A stretch of DNA of 64,000 nt. Source: Paraspadella gotoi (taxonomy: Eukaryota > Animalia > Chaetognatha). The notes under the pieces were generated by a model. The model was given only the letters and a program-made list of their open reading frames with translations, was not told the origin of the DNA and searched no databases. Where the stretch lies: NCBI GenBank assembly GCA_051294375.1, contig CM119270.1, positions 4,410,152 to 4,474,151 of the forward strand, read 5' to 3'. Position numbers and translations under genes: made by a program. Positions 1 to 13,500 of the stretch are shown piece after piece (within the stretch, counting starts at the first letter, position 1; each line of letters begins with the position of its first letter).

Positions 1-598
1 CCGATTTTTCCCCTTACAACGGATTAGCGGCACCGGTGATGATCCTTTTTTTTTACTTTTCTACAATTTTTTAAACCATTATAATCATAAAAAACTATGT
101 ATTCATTACTTTGAAACAATTTCTACTTTCATTTTTCATTTTCCTTTTCGTAATTTTTACTTCTCTTTTTTTAAAAAATTCAATCCTCAAATTATTTTTT
201 GGTCTTAACCGCCCTCTACTGGGAACTCGGATCATTACCCTCTATTTCTTTTCAGCGGCCAAAAAAAAAGGAACAAAAGGGAATCGTTTTGTTTTCTCAA
301 GGAAATTGTCTTTTTTCCGAAGCGTTAAACGTCGTTGCCTCCTTTTTTGAGGGGGATTATTGTCTTTGTCATCATTATTATTATCTTTGTCATCATTTTT
401 ATTGTCTTTGTCATCATTCTTAACGAACGTTCTTTTAGAATTAATCCTAGCTTTCTTTTACTTTTCGTTTGAGCGAAGTCTTTTGCTTCATCTTTATGTC
501 CTGTTTTGATTTGTGATAGATCCTCTTTGTTTCATTAGTCATATTTCGTTTATCATTGATATTATGTACATGTTAAATTGTTGTCATCTTTGTCGTCG

Positions 599-616
599 AC
601 GTCGTCGTCGTCGTCG

Positions 617-705
<89 letters not shown>

Positions 706-975
706 TTCCTCGACGTCGTCGTCTTCTATGTCGTCGCCCTTGTAGTCATCCTAACCATGATCAGCATCATCGACGTCGTCGTCGTCATCATCGTCGTCGT
801 CGTCATCATCGTCGTCGTCGTCATCATCGTCGTTTTCATCATGGTCGTCGTCATCATGGTCGTCTTCTTCGTCGTCATCCTCGCTGTCGTCTTCGTCGTT
901 TTCGTCATCGTCGTCGTTTTCATCATGGTCGTCGTCATCATAGTCTTTTTTTCTTCTTCGTCGTCGTCGTCGTCG
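599..975. repeat. (CGT)n/(CAT)n compound trinucleotide microsatellite
   Basis: Pure (CAT)n run ~618-704 flanked by degenerate CGT/CAT mixtures. Confidence 0.95.
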
Positions 976-3600
976 TCCTCAGCCAAAAGCCAACGAGTTT
1001 TAAGCGCGACTCTTGGAGATTTATTCCCGTTGGTCGTCGCCTCCTTTTCCTCCCTCGAATCGTTTCAAAGGATTTTACGATGAGGAAAAAAATTCGAAAG
1101 GTGATTCTTTGTCAAAGGAGAGAGAGAGNNNNNNNNNNNNNNNNNNNNNNNNNNNNNNNNNNNNNNNNNNNNNNNNNNNNNNNNNNNNNNNNNNNNNNNN
1201 NNNNNNNNNNNNNNNNNNNNNNNNNNNNNNNNNNNNNNNNNNNNNNNNNNNNNNNNNNNNNNNNNNNNNNNNNNNNNNNNNNNNNNNNNNNNNNNNNNNN
1301 NNNNNNNNNNNNNNNNNNNNNNNNNNNNNNNNNNNNNNNNNNNNNNNNNNNNNNNNNNNNNNNNNNNNNNNNNNNNNNNNNNNNNNNNNNNNNNNNNNNN
1401 NNNNNNNNNNNNNNNNNNNNNNNNNNNNNNNNNNNNNNNNNNNNNNNNNNNNNNNNNNNNNNNNNNNNNNNNNNNNNNNNNNNNNNNNNNNNNNNNNNNN
1501 NNNNNNNNNNNNNNNNNNNNNNNNNNNNNNNNNNNNNNNNNNNNNNNNNNNNNNNNNNNNNNNNNNNNNNNNNNNNNNNNNNNNNNNNNNNNNNNNNNNN
1601 NNNNNNNNNNNNNNNNNNNNNNNNNNNNNNNNNNNNNNNNNNNNNNNNNNNNNNNNNNNNNNNNNNNNNNNNNNNNNNNNNNNNNNNNNNNNNNNNNNNN
1701 NNNNNNNNNNNNNNNNNNNNNNNNNNNNNNNNNNNNNNNNNNNNNNNNNNNNNNNNNNNNNNNNNNNNNNNNAAGAAAAAAAGAAAGAAAGAAAGAAAGA
1801 AAAAAAGAAAGATACAAAGAAAGAGAGATAACAGAAAACCTGAGAAATGAGTCCAAATCATTCCAAACAATGATCATCTTTGGTTCCTCTTCCCCGGGTC
1901 ATTAGGATCACCTCATCCGGGGTAAGTCTATCAAGCAGCTTGACCTTTCCCTCCTTAGCGCTGACCTTGAACGACTTTTCCGCGAATCTTCTTCTCTTGG
2001 ATTTCGTTAGCAAGCATTTGATAAGTGATTTCAATTAATACTCTTGCTTTTTTAACAATCGCGTTTCCTTTTCTTTTTGCATCAATCAATCGGTCAATCA
2101 TTCAATACGCAGTAAATGTGAGCGGAAAGCGCGGCTTCTAGCAGCAACAAAGATTAAACTATTGTACATCCCAAGTTATACGAATATACATAATCTTTCA
2201 AATTACTTTGAATTGATTAAAAGCATTAGTAATAAATTAATCGATCCAACGAAAATAAAAAATCGACAAAGAATATAAAAAAGTTGTACTCACTGTCAGA
2301 AAGGAATGTCCCAGATATCTTTATCCCTTGGCCGTCAGATGGCTTGAGAGACGCCAGAGACGCAAGTAAGACGAACGAGAGGAAACTGAAAAAAACAAAA
2401 AAACAAAAGAACAAATGTTTTAATAAGATAAAACGAAACGGCGACGATGGTTCGTGAGCGGACGACGACGAACGAAACATAAACAAAACAAATTAAGAAA
2501 TAAAACAAACAACAACAGCGCCTCTATGGATGCCAACGCAAACGATTCTCGATCCGTAGAGAAACAAACTCACTACATTATTCATCTTTTCATGAAGTGA
2601 AAATCACGGAAAATGTTTTTTTTCAAAACGCGCGTGAATTCTCAAGAGTAAAACATCAAAATATGCCGCCGCATTTTAAATTATCAACAACGACAACAAG
2701 GACAACAACAACAATGACGCTTAGTGACGCCGGAAAGAAAAATAATAAAAAATTTTTTTCTGGCGGCCATTTTTAGAATTCATGAGAATAGTTTTGAGGC
2801 CGCCTCCGCCGCTTGGATAAATGAAACGAAACCGTAAGGAATTTTTTCATGTTTTTAAATATTTGATTTTCTTTCTTTTTTTTTTTCAAATCTCAGAATT
2901 ATTTTCTCGTTTTTGCCAATTTTTAAAAATTTTGTTAAGTTTATCCTTCGAATAAATTTTATTCGTCCTTGAAACTAGATGCTGAGTCGACAGTGATAAA
3001 AAGCGATTGCGTTACATCTTTAGGGCGTAGAGCATTGTTTGCTCAAACTTGTTTTTACTCTAAATCACTTTTCTCTTTGCAGTATTTAAACGAAATTCGT
3101 TTCATTCTTTATTTCCTTCATTCTTTCTTACTATCCTTCTTTCGTTCTTTCTATTTTTCTTTCCTTCTTTATAACTCACTTACTCTCTTTATTTCCTTCT
3201 ATCGTTCTTTCTTTCTTTCTTTCTTNNNNNNNNNNNNNNNNNNNNNNNNNNNNNNNNNNNNNNNNNNNNNNNNNNNNNNNNNNNNNNNNNNNNNNNNNNN
3301 NNNNNNNNNNNNNNNNNNNNNNNNNNNNNNNNNNNNNNNNNNNNNNNNNNNNNNNNNNNNNNNNNNNNNNNNNNNNNNNNNNNNNNNNNNNNNNNNNNNN
3401 NNNNNNNNNNNNNNNNNNNNNNNNNNNNNNNNNNNNNNNNNNNNNNNNNNNNNNNNNNNNNNNNNNNNNNNNNNNNNNNNNNNNCATCGATGAGAGGAGA
3501 AAACATTCTTTCCTTATTTTTTTGGATCTTTATTCTTTCTTATTTTTTATTTCCTTTTTTTCTTCCTTTTTTATTCCTTTTTTTATGTTTCTTTTAAGAT

Positions 3601-3655
<55 letters not shown>

Positions 3656-3739
3656 AACTTTCCTTCTTCCTTCTTTTTTTTTCTTCATTTTATTTAATCT
3701 TTTAAATTTTATATTTTTTTCTCTATTTATTTCTTTTTT

Positions 3740-4213
3740 CTCTCCTAACGCGCTATATTTAAAAAAAAAGGGAAATGGAGTTTTTATCGTTCGCCAAAAA
3801 AAATCTTCCATAAAACCGAAAAACCAAAAAAAACACCTTCTTAAAAATGGTTTTTGAATTTTCCCGGGCGCCATGCCTCCAGTCCTGCGCGGACTAACGA
3901 AATTAAAAATCTCTCTCTCTCTNNNNNNNNNNNNNNNNNNNNNNNNNGGTGAATTACCTGGGGGAGAGAGAGAGAGAGACGAGTAGAGAGAGAGAAGAAG
4001 AGAGAGAGAGACGAGAGAGAGAGAGGAGATGAGAGAAGAGAGAGATTTTTAAATTTCGTTAGTCGGCGCAGGACTTGGCGAGGCATGGCGCCCGGGAAAA
4101 ATTCAAAACCATTTTTAAAAGTGTTTTTTTTGTTTTCGTTTTATGGAAGATTTTTTTTGGCGAACACTAAAAACTCCATTTCCCTTTTTTTTAAATATTA
4201 GCGCTTAGGAGAG
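3740..4213. repeat. ~180-bp inverted repeat (foldback) around a 25-N gap and (AG)n
   Basis: 3740-3922 is the reverse complement of ~4035-4213 (e.g. ttcccgggcgccatgcctc / gaggcatggcgcccgggaa), with small indel differences. Confidence 0.9.
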
Positions 4214-5169
4214 CAATTAGTAGTAGACAGGGATTTCTGATGCGAAAACCAAAGTGGATTTTATTTCTTTCGAAAATTAAAACGATAAACAAGACGTGTC
4301 AATTTCAGGCAGAGAGTGAATCCAATACAGAATTCGGGTCCTTTTACTACAGCCCAACGATCGGAGTCAAGGTTTTAAAATTTCCCGACCATTTTTCATT
4401 GGCCGGCTGCCATTTTGTCTTTCAAACCAATGAGATCTGTTCCATTGTATTCCGATCCGATCCGTTATCGATCCGTTATCCGATTCCGTTGATCCGATTC
4501 GGATCTTGAGTCTGGATGTCCTCTCGATTGCGTCCCCCCCTCCTCAGACCGACAGCGCACGTGGTCAGTCCAGGTAGCTGGAGTTGTGGAACCGTGAGCG
4601 GGGGAACGGAAGATTCCTGTTCTTGACTTTCTCCAAGGCTCAGCCTCTCTGGCTGTTGTTGTATTTGAAAGGTTTCTTTTTTTGAGACGGTCTTTGAATT
4701 GATTCTTTTCTTCTGTAGGAGAGTGGAGCGAGAAGGGGAGATGAGAAATTCTCTTTTTATTTTGAACGAGAGAAGAGAGAGAGAGAATGAGTAGGTTTCT
4801 CTTGAATAAAAATTACTCGTTCCTCCTGGCTCCCGTTCTATTGCGTCGTTCTCCTATTGTTTTTCTTTTTTTTTTTTGCTTGGTCGTTTCGGTGAGGGTC
4901 GGGCTTCCGTGGGAGGCTTTGTTTTCTTTTGTATTTTTTTGTCGAGTTTCTGTTTCGCGGCTTTTCGTGGTCTTTTGTTTTCGAATTCCAATCGAGAAGT
5001 TACCATATAGTCTACGGTTTTTTTTTGGTCTACTTTCTAATGCCTACGTTCCTTGTGTGAATAACTAATCCATGTTTTATTTAAATTAATTTTTAATTAA
5101 TTCTAAGTATTATTTACACTAACTTTATGTCTCTTTTTCTATTCTGTTGGCCTTGTCTCAGCTTTTTGA

Positions 5170-8100
5170 GGCGACGTCGATTGATATCTGAGATTTCGGC
5201 CAGCTATCGAGATGACGTTAATGGTTGCCGTCTCTCTCTTACAACCTCTGTAGAGACCTGAATATACCTTTTGACCTTCTCGGTTTCGCTCGCTTTCCGG
5301 TCCCTATGATCAGATCCCGTTCTGGCCAGGACAAGATCGCCGGACCTTAATTCTCTTCATTGGTCGCTGTTAAAGGGTTTCTTCTGGCCGATTTTTGTAA
5401 TAGCTTGTCCCCGCTGGTTCGCCAGCTGTGCTTGAGCTCTTTCTTGCTTTGTCGCCTTATGTCTTATAAAAGTCGAAATGAGGATCCTTTTTGTGAAGTC
5501 GTCGAGCGCTTTCCACTTTCTTTGGCCTGTGAGCCAAACTGGATTTCATGCGTGACATTGTCCTTCGTCTTCCAGGCGATTATGGGGGTTCGCATTAGGA
5601 GTAGGCATCAGGTGTGGCAGCTGTTCCAGCCATCTGTTTGTTGATCGTCGACGCTTTGCGTAGGGCTTGGCGGATTCGGCCTATGTTCCCCTTCTCGGCC
5701 CTGTTGGCTATCTTTCCTCCTACAAGGACTCGTCCTGCCTACTGTGTCAAGTAGGATTTAAATTGACTTCATTGCTGATCCGTTAGTTGTTTGCAACCAT
5801 CCGAAATTTACTTCCATGTAGGCCCCATTGTTTGAGAGAAATTTCTTTGTCGAGAGCTTTTACGATGGTCGTGGCATCTGCTCGACGGTAGTGGGGATTG
5901 CCCAGTGTATGGCGAAGTCATTGTCTGATGCCAACTAGAATTGCTAGCCATGTCCAGCCGACAGAGGGGAGATGCATGGACGTCGATGCCTCAATGATCC
6001 CAGGGTGCCTATGGCCAGATTAGGAGCTGATGGGGTTCGTAGCTTCTTTGTGTGTCCGTTGCCTTTGGTCGCAAATTATCACAGTTTCTGAGGACATTTT
6101 CCACTGGCGGCTGCTATAGCCGGGTGCTGAAAAACATATTGGCAGTTATATAAATTGCCACGACGATCGCGGCCGGGATTGTCCAAACACGTTCGTTTGT
6201 AATTGTTTATGTGATCAATTTCTGCTTTCTGGCGGGTACGCACGATTTTTTTGTTGTGTTGTGTATTCGGCCTTGAAGCCTCTTGATGATGAGAATGTCG
6301 TTGTTTTGAGTCGAGATCATCCAGACAATGTGACAAGTATTTTTTCAGTTACTGTTTTTCTCTTTTGCCATTTTCTCGTATTAACTTTGTTTGGCTTTTT
6401 CGCGGTCTCTTCCTTGAGGGCGTCAATGGACCAGTTAAAGGAAATCGTCTTCTGTTGCACTTTTTTATTTCGGGTGGCGAGTGGGGAGCTTGCATTGCCT
6501 TTCTTGTGTTGGGTGATTCCATGTGCAACCTCAGCTTCCGGTTGGTGTCGATGTCCGCCTCAAGGGTGCTGTCTTGTCATGAGTTTCATGATCGGTGCCT
6601 GTTTTATTCACTTCTATTGTGTCAGAACTTTGAACGGGTGGAAGTTGTGAGCTTGACGTTTCCTTTCGTGTCTAGGGCTGGATGTTTACGAAATCCTGTG
6701 GAGCGCGTCGATATGTCGGGTGGGCTACCGTGGCGTTCGGTCGTCCCCTGCGTTCGGGTTGTTTTGAGCATATCGACCTTGATTGGTTTGGATTTGGCCC
6801 AAAGCTGATGGTCGTAGGGGGCGTGACTCGTTTAATGTCATTGACTAGGCTAACTTGCTTCCGGTAATGGTTTCTGAAGATTTCAGTGGTTCTCTCGTAT
6901 GTCCCTCGGCGAAGGCCATATACCCTTTCGAATTGCAGGGCCTGTCTCCTTGGTCGAGTCTTCGTCCTTCATGATTATGGTAATTTGATTCATTTCCACT
7001 GAAGGCCATTTCCAAGTTTCGGGGTTGGCCGAGACTCCAATTTTTGGCTGGAAATTGGTTCTGATGAAAGGGCATCAGATCCTTTGTTTGGGCTTGCCGT
7101 CCCCAATTTTTTCAATGTTGGCTTTTGTTGGTAAGAATTTTTGTCTTACGAATTTCAAAAAAATTTTTGCCCTGAAGGATTTTGTGTCCTCGTTTAGTGT
7201 CTTGCTACTTAATGCTAGTGTGGGGCGTGTCCGTGATGAGTTCTAGATGTCTGGAGTTCCTGCGTCATAGATGGAATTTTCGGCGAAACTGGGTTATTTA
7301 CTCTTCCTGTACGTCAAATCCCGCTGGGAAGAATGGAGTATCAAGGCGTCACTTGACCTTAATCAGTTGAAAACGGGTTAGAAAGGTTCAGCCGGGTTAT
7401 CTTCGCTTTTAACGAGATAACTTCCTTGGGTTTGCGCATTCTTGTTTGAATTTGTCCGTAATCCACCTGTAGTACGTCGTGGCATAGCTGTTGCCTGTCG
7501 TGTTGAAGATCCATCACCCTTTTGAAAGTATTGTGAATCTGTTGACGAGGGTGACGCTACGCCCACAAGTTTAGCCTTAAAACTTTCGCACATCATATTG
7601 AAGGCGAGTGTCTCCAGAATGTTTGATATGTTTTATCCCTGTAGTCGTCTGGGAATGATTTTTGAGTGGAAGGACAAATGGATACTCGACGCCATCTGCG
7701 GTGGCGGTGATTTAAACCGCCCATTGCGCTTGTGCCTGGCATGCAGCATAAAAATTCTGTACGGATCCGTGTTTGATTCTCGCATCATTGAGGAAGTTCA
7801 AGCAGTTCTGATAGATCTGAATTTTCTTCGACAAGTAGTTGTAAGCATTTCCATGTGTTTGGTCGTTAGCTTGAAAATCCTTTTTGTCTAGCAGGGTTAG
7901 GGCCATGGAGGGCTGGCAATGTAGAGGAAACGATGTGTGAAGATCTATTAATTAATTTTAAATGGATGCTTAACATCGCTCTGATTTCTTTCTGCGTTTT
8001 CAGCGACTTAAGTTTGATTTCGACGCGTCATAGTTTTTCTCTTTGTGGCATGAGTTTGCTTTGGGAGATACTGAAAGCCCAGGATTTTAATCCTCCTTGC

Positions 8101-9560
8101 GCAGTAGCACAACTTTTTGTCCATTTGAGGACCACGTTTTCATCTCTACACATCTTTGCAAGAGGGTCGCGCAAGTCTCTAGCCATGTCGTCTGGCAGAT
8201 TTTGCTGTTGAGGAATTAGGTCGTCGACATAAACGAGAAAGCTTTTTATGTCTGTGCCCTAAAATCCTGGAAAATTTCAGTCGTAGGATGGCCCTTGGAG
8301 GACGTTTACGCTGCTTGACTCCTTCCCATTGCAGCTTGCTTCATCCACCAGTTGTGGCCGGCTCGCAAAAAGTGGTGACGGTGTTTGCAGGGCTTGTGAA
8401 TTTACCTGTGGAAAACATGCCAAGATTTCGCGGAGCATTGAGCTCGTTGAGCTTGTATTGTTCAATATTGAAGCTATGTTTGAGGTTCTGTTGCGTAAGT
8501 GGATTATGTTATTAATTCAACCTGCCGAGAGGTCGCATATCAATCGCCCTGCTTGCAAATGTTTCGTCGTTCATTTGTTCCTGCCTCAGCATGTGTCCGG
8601 GTTCTGATTAGGAGGCGGTTTTGAATATGCCTCGTTCCTTGTTCTTAGAAACTATGCCAAGCTTTTCATAGACTTAAACTAGAGGTAACGTTAAGCGCCT
8701 TCTTGACGGTCCCTGTAATTAGCAATTTTGTTTCGGGAGGATTCGTTCGTTTGTGATATAGCCCAGGGTTTCGACTTGTAATGAGGAAACCCTCTTGCAG
8801 TCGTAATGGATTCTCCAAACACATCATATCCCAGACGACATCCAAACAATTGGGCTTTTTCTTTGAGCTAGCGCTACCGGTCTTTGAATGCTTCAAAAAA
8901 GGCTTCTTATGCCCCGGTCGTTCATGTTTTGCTCTTTCTCCTTGGCCGAGCTTCTCCACTGCTTAAGTTCCTCAAACGCTTGTTTATGGTGAACTATAGT
9001 TGTAGCCGGATGTGATCCTTGCGGACTTCCCTCAACAGAGTTCTTTTCCTGTTTAAGTCGCTTGTACTGGTTCCACCGTGGATTGTTTCGAGTTTTTAAC
9101 TCGTTTTTGCCTCGTTAGTATCGCAGGGCGTGCTGTTCCCCAGGACAGTCAGTTGTCTAATTCAACTCCTTCTTTAATTGTCTTCCATCGTGATTCTTGC
9201 GTCTCGTGATTAGTCCATCTCGTCCCTGTTAATTGTGCGAATAAGCCGTTGTTGGAGGTCAGTCTAGTTTTCCCTTATCCTTTTCGGATTTGTGGGTAAG
9301 AGTTGGGTCATCGACGTTTCCCCGCGCAACCGATCTCGGCCTTTAAGCTCTTGTTGTCCAAGGGTGGCTAGTGGGTTTTTTCCTGAGCGACTGGAATCTT
9401 CTTATGATGTTGGACTACCAAGTGTTGGTGGCCTGTTTAATAGCAGTTCCAATATTAGTCTGTCTTTTCGCGCCAGACTAAAAGACGTTCGGTATACCCG
9501 CATGAAATCACCCTCAGTTATTCTTTCACAGGTGACGTCCATGCCGTTATAACTTGTACC
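5170..9560 (-). mobile_element. Ty3/Gypsy LTR retrotransposon internal region (gag?-PR-RT-RNaseH-IN), frameshifted
   Basis: Minus strand, in Gypsy order: protease-end-like LDVVWDM (~8830-8850), RT 'RLICDL' (~8530-8548), RT catalytic 'FLVYVDDL' (YVDD at 8231-8220), RNase H-like 'PYRIF...GVEYPFV.HSKII...ILETLAF' (~7770-7600), integrase-like 'GIDV...HWAIP' (~5990-5895). Many frameshifts; no LTR pair found. Confidence 0.85.
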
Positions 9561-10236
9561 TTGGTAACTACATTACAACCCATTTTCGGAATTCCGGGTT
9601 ACCTGTGATGAGCCCTGTTTCTAAGCAACTACGTAACCTGGATTACCCGAAAAACCTTTCTCTGTAACACCTCTTTTGTCTTTCTTCATTTTTCTTAAAG
9701 GAGCCTTTTCAAAAAAAAATCTTGTTGAAGCTTCAACTCTCTCGGGCCTCCAGGCCTCCAGGCCTCCGCTCTAAAGTTTTTGTTTTATAATAATTTTTTA
9801 GGCGAACAAAAAAGAAAAATCCGTGACAAGACACGAACCAGTGGCTGCGCCAATACTTGCAAATGGTTTTCAAGGGTTCCGAAATTTAAATGTAATTTTA
9901 CGAGTCAAAATATCATTGTGCAAATTATGGTTACTAGAGGCGTAGTGTCATTTCAAAATAAAGTCAAAATGTCATTTCCTAAGTCATTTCCCAAGTGTGT
10001 TTTCCCAGATGGCACAATTGTGGTAACATGAAGAAATTCAATTTAACTTCTTTCATTATAAACAATTAAACAAAAGGCGACTGAAGGAACATCTACATAC
10101 TTGAGAGGAGCCACATCACGACCTTCATTACTCTTGTATTTATTCCATTGGATGCTGGGGCGGAGACAGAAGAAGTGATAGACTGAAAATCAAAATGAGA
10201 GAAGTTGGAATGAAAGAGGGAAAGAGAGAGAGAGAG

Positions 10237-10533
10237 AAAACAAGAAGGGTGATTCCAATGTGTTGCGCCGCAGTGACTTGATCCTATGATATGACATGAC
10301 ATGACACGAGTAAAAAACTTTCTTAGCCCTTGTATTTATGACATGCACTTCATCGAGTCTTTTATTCCTTATAGTTTTGGGATTTCCTGAAGGCGGTGCG
10401 AGCAGTCCCTTAGATTTGAGGTTTTTTTCTATCTTAACAAATGAACAACCAACAGACAGACGGACAAAAGTGACAAAAGTGACAAAAGTGACTTATAGAG
10501 TAGATCCACGAGTACTCGTAGCGGAACTAAAAA
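10237..10533 (+). mobile_element. Helentron/HINE-like non-autonomous element, family C copy 1
   Basis: Colinear with 58891-59277. Starts AAAACAAG, has a subterminal gttgcgccgc, a (GACA/GACG) tract, then 'ttatagag' + hairpin (cgagtactcg) + ctaaaaa. Confidence 0.7.
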
Positions 10534-13500
10534 GAGATTGTGAGAAAAAGAGAACAATTGAGAGAGAGAGAGAGAGAGACAGAGAGAGAGAAAGACAGAG
10601 AGAGCGACAGAGTGCGATAGATAAAAAAATAAAGAAAAGAAGGTTAATGTTCTGCACTGGAGAATATGTAAATTAAATTAATATTTTTAAAGAAGGAGGA
10701 TAAGATAGAAACATTGAGGAAGAAGATGAAAGAAAGAAGGAGAATACAATAGAAATATAAGGGCAAAAGATGAGACTAAAGAAGGAGAATACAATAGAAA
10801 CATTAAGGAAGAAGATAAAAGTAAGGAAGGAGAATACAATAGAAATATAAAGGCAAAAAATGAGACTAAAGAAGGAGAATACAATAGAAACATTAAGGAA
10901 GAATATGAGACTTAAGAAGGAGACAGAGAGAAAAAAAGAGTTTTCTTATTCCTCTCGGCGCAAATCAAGTCTTCCCAAAATCCAACTTACTTATTCCGGC
11001 CAAAATTAGAAGACAGAGAAAAGGGAGGAACGGGTCAGANNNNNNNNNNNNNNNNNNNNNNNNNNNNNNNNNNNNNNNNNNNNNNNNNNNNNNNNNNNNN
11101 NNNNNNNNNNNNNNNNNNNNNNNNNNNNNNNNNNNNNNNNNNNNNNNNNNNNNNNNNNNNNNNNNNNNNNNNNNNNNNNNNNNNNNNNNNNNNNNNNNNN
11201 NNNNNNNNNNNNNNNNNNNNNNNNNNNNNNNNNNNNNNNNNNNNNNNNNNNNNNNGAGAGAGAGAGAGAGAGAGAGAAGCTTTCAAACGAATATAATTAA
11301 ATAAAATCCGAAAAAAAGAATTTCCTTTTGTTTATAACTTTATTGACTTAACGTCAGTATATTTGATTTCCGCTTCTCATTTATACCACTTCATTCTTAA
11401 ATATAATAAATTGTTCAAGAGGCATTTATAAAATAGAATAAAATAAGTTTAGAAAGTAAAATTAAAAAAAAGAAGTTTTCTTTTTTTCTTCATTTAATTA
11501 TACTCTCGGATGTGAGATTGTGAGATTGTGAGATTGTGAGACGGATTCATATTTATCTAATCAAACATAAACAGTTGGGCAACATTTAAACGTAAAAGAA
11601 TGAGAGGAAAACAAAAGAAATGAGAANNNNNNNNNNNNNNNNNNNNNNNNNNNNNNNNNNNNNNNNNNNNNNNNNNNNNNNNNNNNNNNNNNNNNNNNNN
11701 NNNNNNNNNNNNNNNNNNNNNNNNNNNNNNNNNNNNNNNNNNNNNNNNNNNNNNNNNNNNNNNNNNNNNNNNNNNNNNNNNNNNNNNNNNNNNNNNNNNN
11801 NNNNNNNNNNNNNNNNNNNNNNNNNNNNNNNNNNNNNNNNNNNNNNNNNNNNNNNNNNNNNNNNNNNNNNNNNNNNNNNNNNNNNNNNNNNNNNNNNNNN
11901 NNNNNNNNNNNNNNNNNNNNNNNNNNNNNNNNNNNNNNNNNNNNNNNNNNNNNNNNNNNNNNNNNNNNNNNNNNNNNNNNNNNNNNNNNNNNNNNNNNNN
12001 NNNNNNNNNNNNNNNNNNNNNNNNNNNNNNNNNNNNNNNNNNNNNNNNNNNNNNNNNNNNNNNNNNNNNNNNNNNNNNNNNNNNNNNNNNNNNNNNNNNN
12101 NNNNNNNNNNNNNNNNNNNNNNNNNNNNNNNNNNNNNNNNNNNNNNNNNNNNNNNNNNNNNNNNNNNNNNNNNNNNNNNNNNNNNNNNNNNNNNNNNNNN
12201 NNNNNNNNNNNNNNNNNNNNNNNNNNNNNNNNNNNNNNNNNNNNNNNNNNNNNNNNNNNNNNNNNNNNNNNNNNNNNNNNNNNNNNNNNNNNNNNNNNNN
12301 NNNNNNNNNNNNNNNNNNNNNNNNNNNNNNNNNNNNNNNNNNNNNNNNNNNNNNNNNNNNNNNNNNNNNNNNNNNNNNNNNNNNNNNNNNNNNNNNNATG
12401 GCAGAGGAAAAGGAAAGAAGCTTTCTTTAATGGAAGACAAAATGGCGGAGGAAAAGGAAAGAAACTTTCTTTAATGGAGGACAAAATGAGAAAAGGAGCT
12501 TTCTCTGATAATCATTAATCTTTACATAATCATTTAATAAAGAAATTAAAAAAACTATAGTGTTTTTAAAGTATCGTTAATTAATTCAATATTTTGTATT
12601 TTACTTATACTTAAATGAAAGGAATAAGGAAAAACGAAGACGGTGCCAAAAACGCAGTAATACGGAATTCGAGAGCATGCCTATCATCTCTAAAGAAATT
12701 CAAGTCCCATCCCCAATAAATAAAAAAAAATTTAAAACAAGAAAACCTTGTACTTCTTTTTAAAGATCGCTTCAGACGAAATTTCTTTTGAAAAAAAAGT
12801 CGGACGGGAGCTGAATCGTTTCGACAAAATGGGACAGAGGAGGGAAAAAATCGCACCTTAACTGCTTCGCGAAAAGCGCGGCAAAAAAAAAAAAAAAAAA
12901 AAGGCGGGAAGTAAAAAATGTAGGTTACAACGATGACTTTTCTCCGGCCCTCTCTACTAATGGCCTCTTTTTCTTCTCTCTTTTCGGAGAAAAACTACTT
13001 TTTTTAAATTTTTTTTTATTTTGAGAACCTCGCGAAAAGTCTGCCTAAATTACGTCGAGCTTTAAGTACTAGTCATAAAAAGGTGTTTTTATTTTCATTG
13101 TAATCCTTTTTGTAACTCTCTTTGCATTTACCTAACTTTTGATAATTCCCTACCAGGAGTCTTTGACGCGCGCGGGAGAGGAAGCTTGAATTTCCAAGCT
13201 GTCATTCCAAAAACTGCAAGCTATCGAGGTTGACAGTTGACACGTTAAACTGTCACGCGTGACACGGTCGTTCGTATTCCGTCCTCGTCGTCAAGAATGA
13301 ATAATCGCGGAAAAGACGTCGGTCGCGGATTCTTAATGAAGTCGCCTTCGAGAACGCCGCTGGAAATGCAGCTGGAAACTGTAGGTAGATATTGCGGTGG
13401 AAAAGCCGCATTAAATTCCGCTGGAAATGACGCCTTAAAGACCGTAGGAATGCCGTCGGAAACGTCACCGGAAGTGACGCTGTAATTTCGACGGAAACGT

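Noticed and set aside
513-1850. 445-aa poly-His/Arg ORF and other long ORFs crossing N runs
   Set aside because: Made of microsatellites and gap characters; no coding evidence.
9560-9670. 5' LTR of the Gypsy element (minus-strand TGTTACA)
   Set aside because: No matching second LTR, PBS or TSD found in the window.
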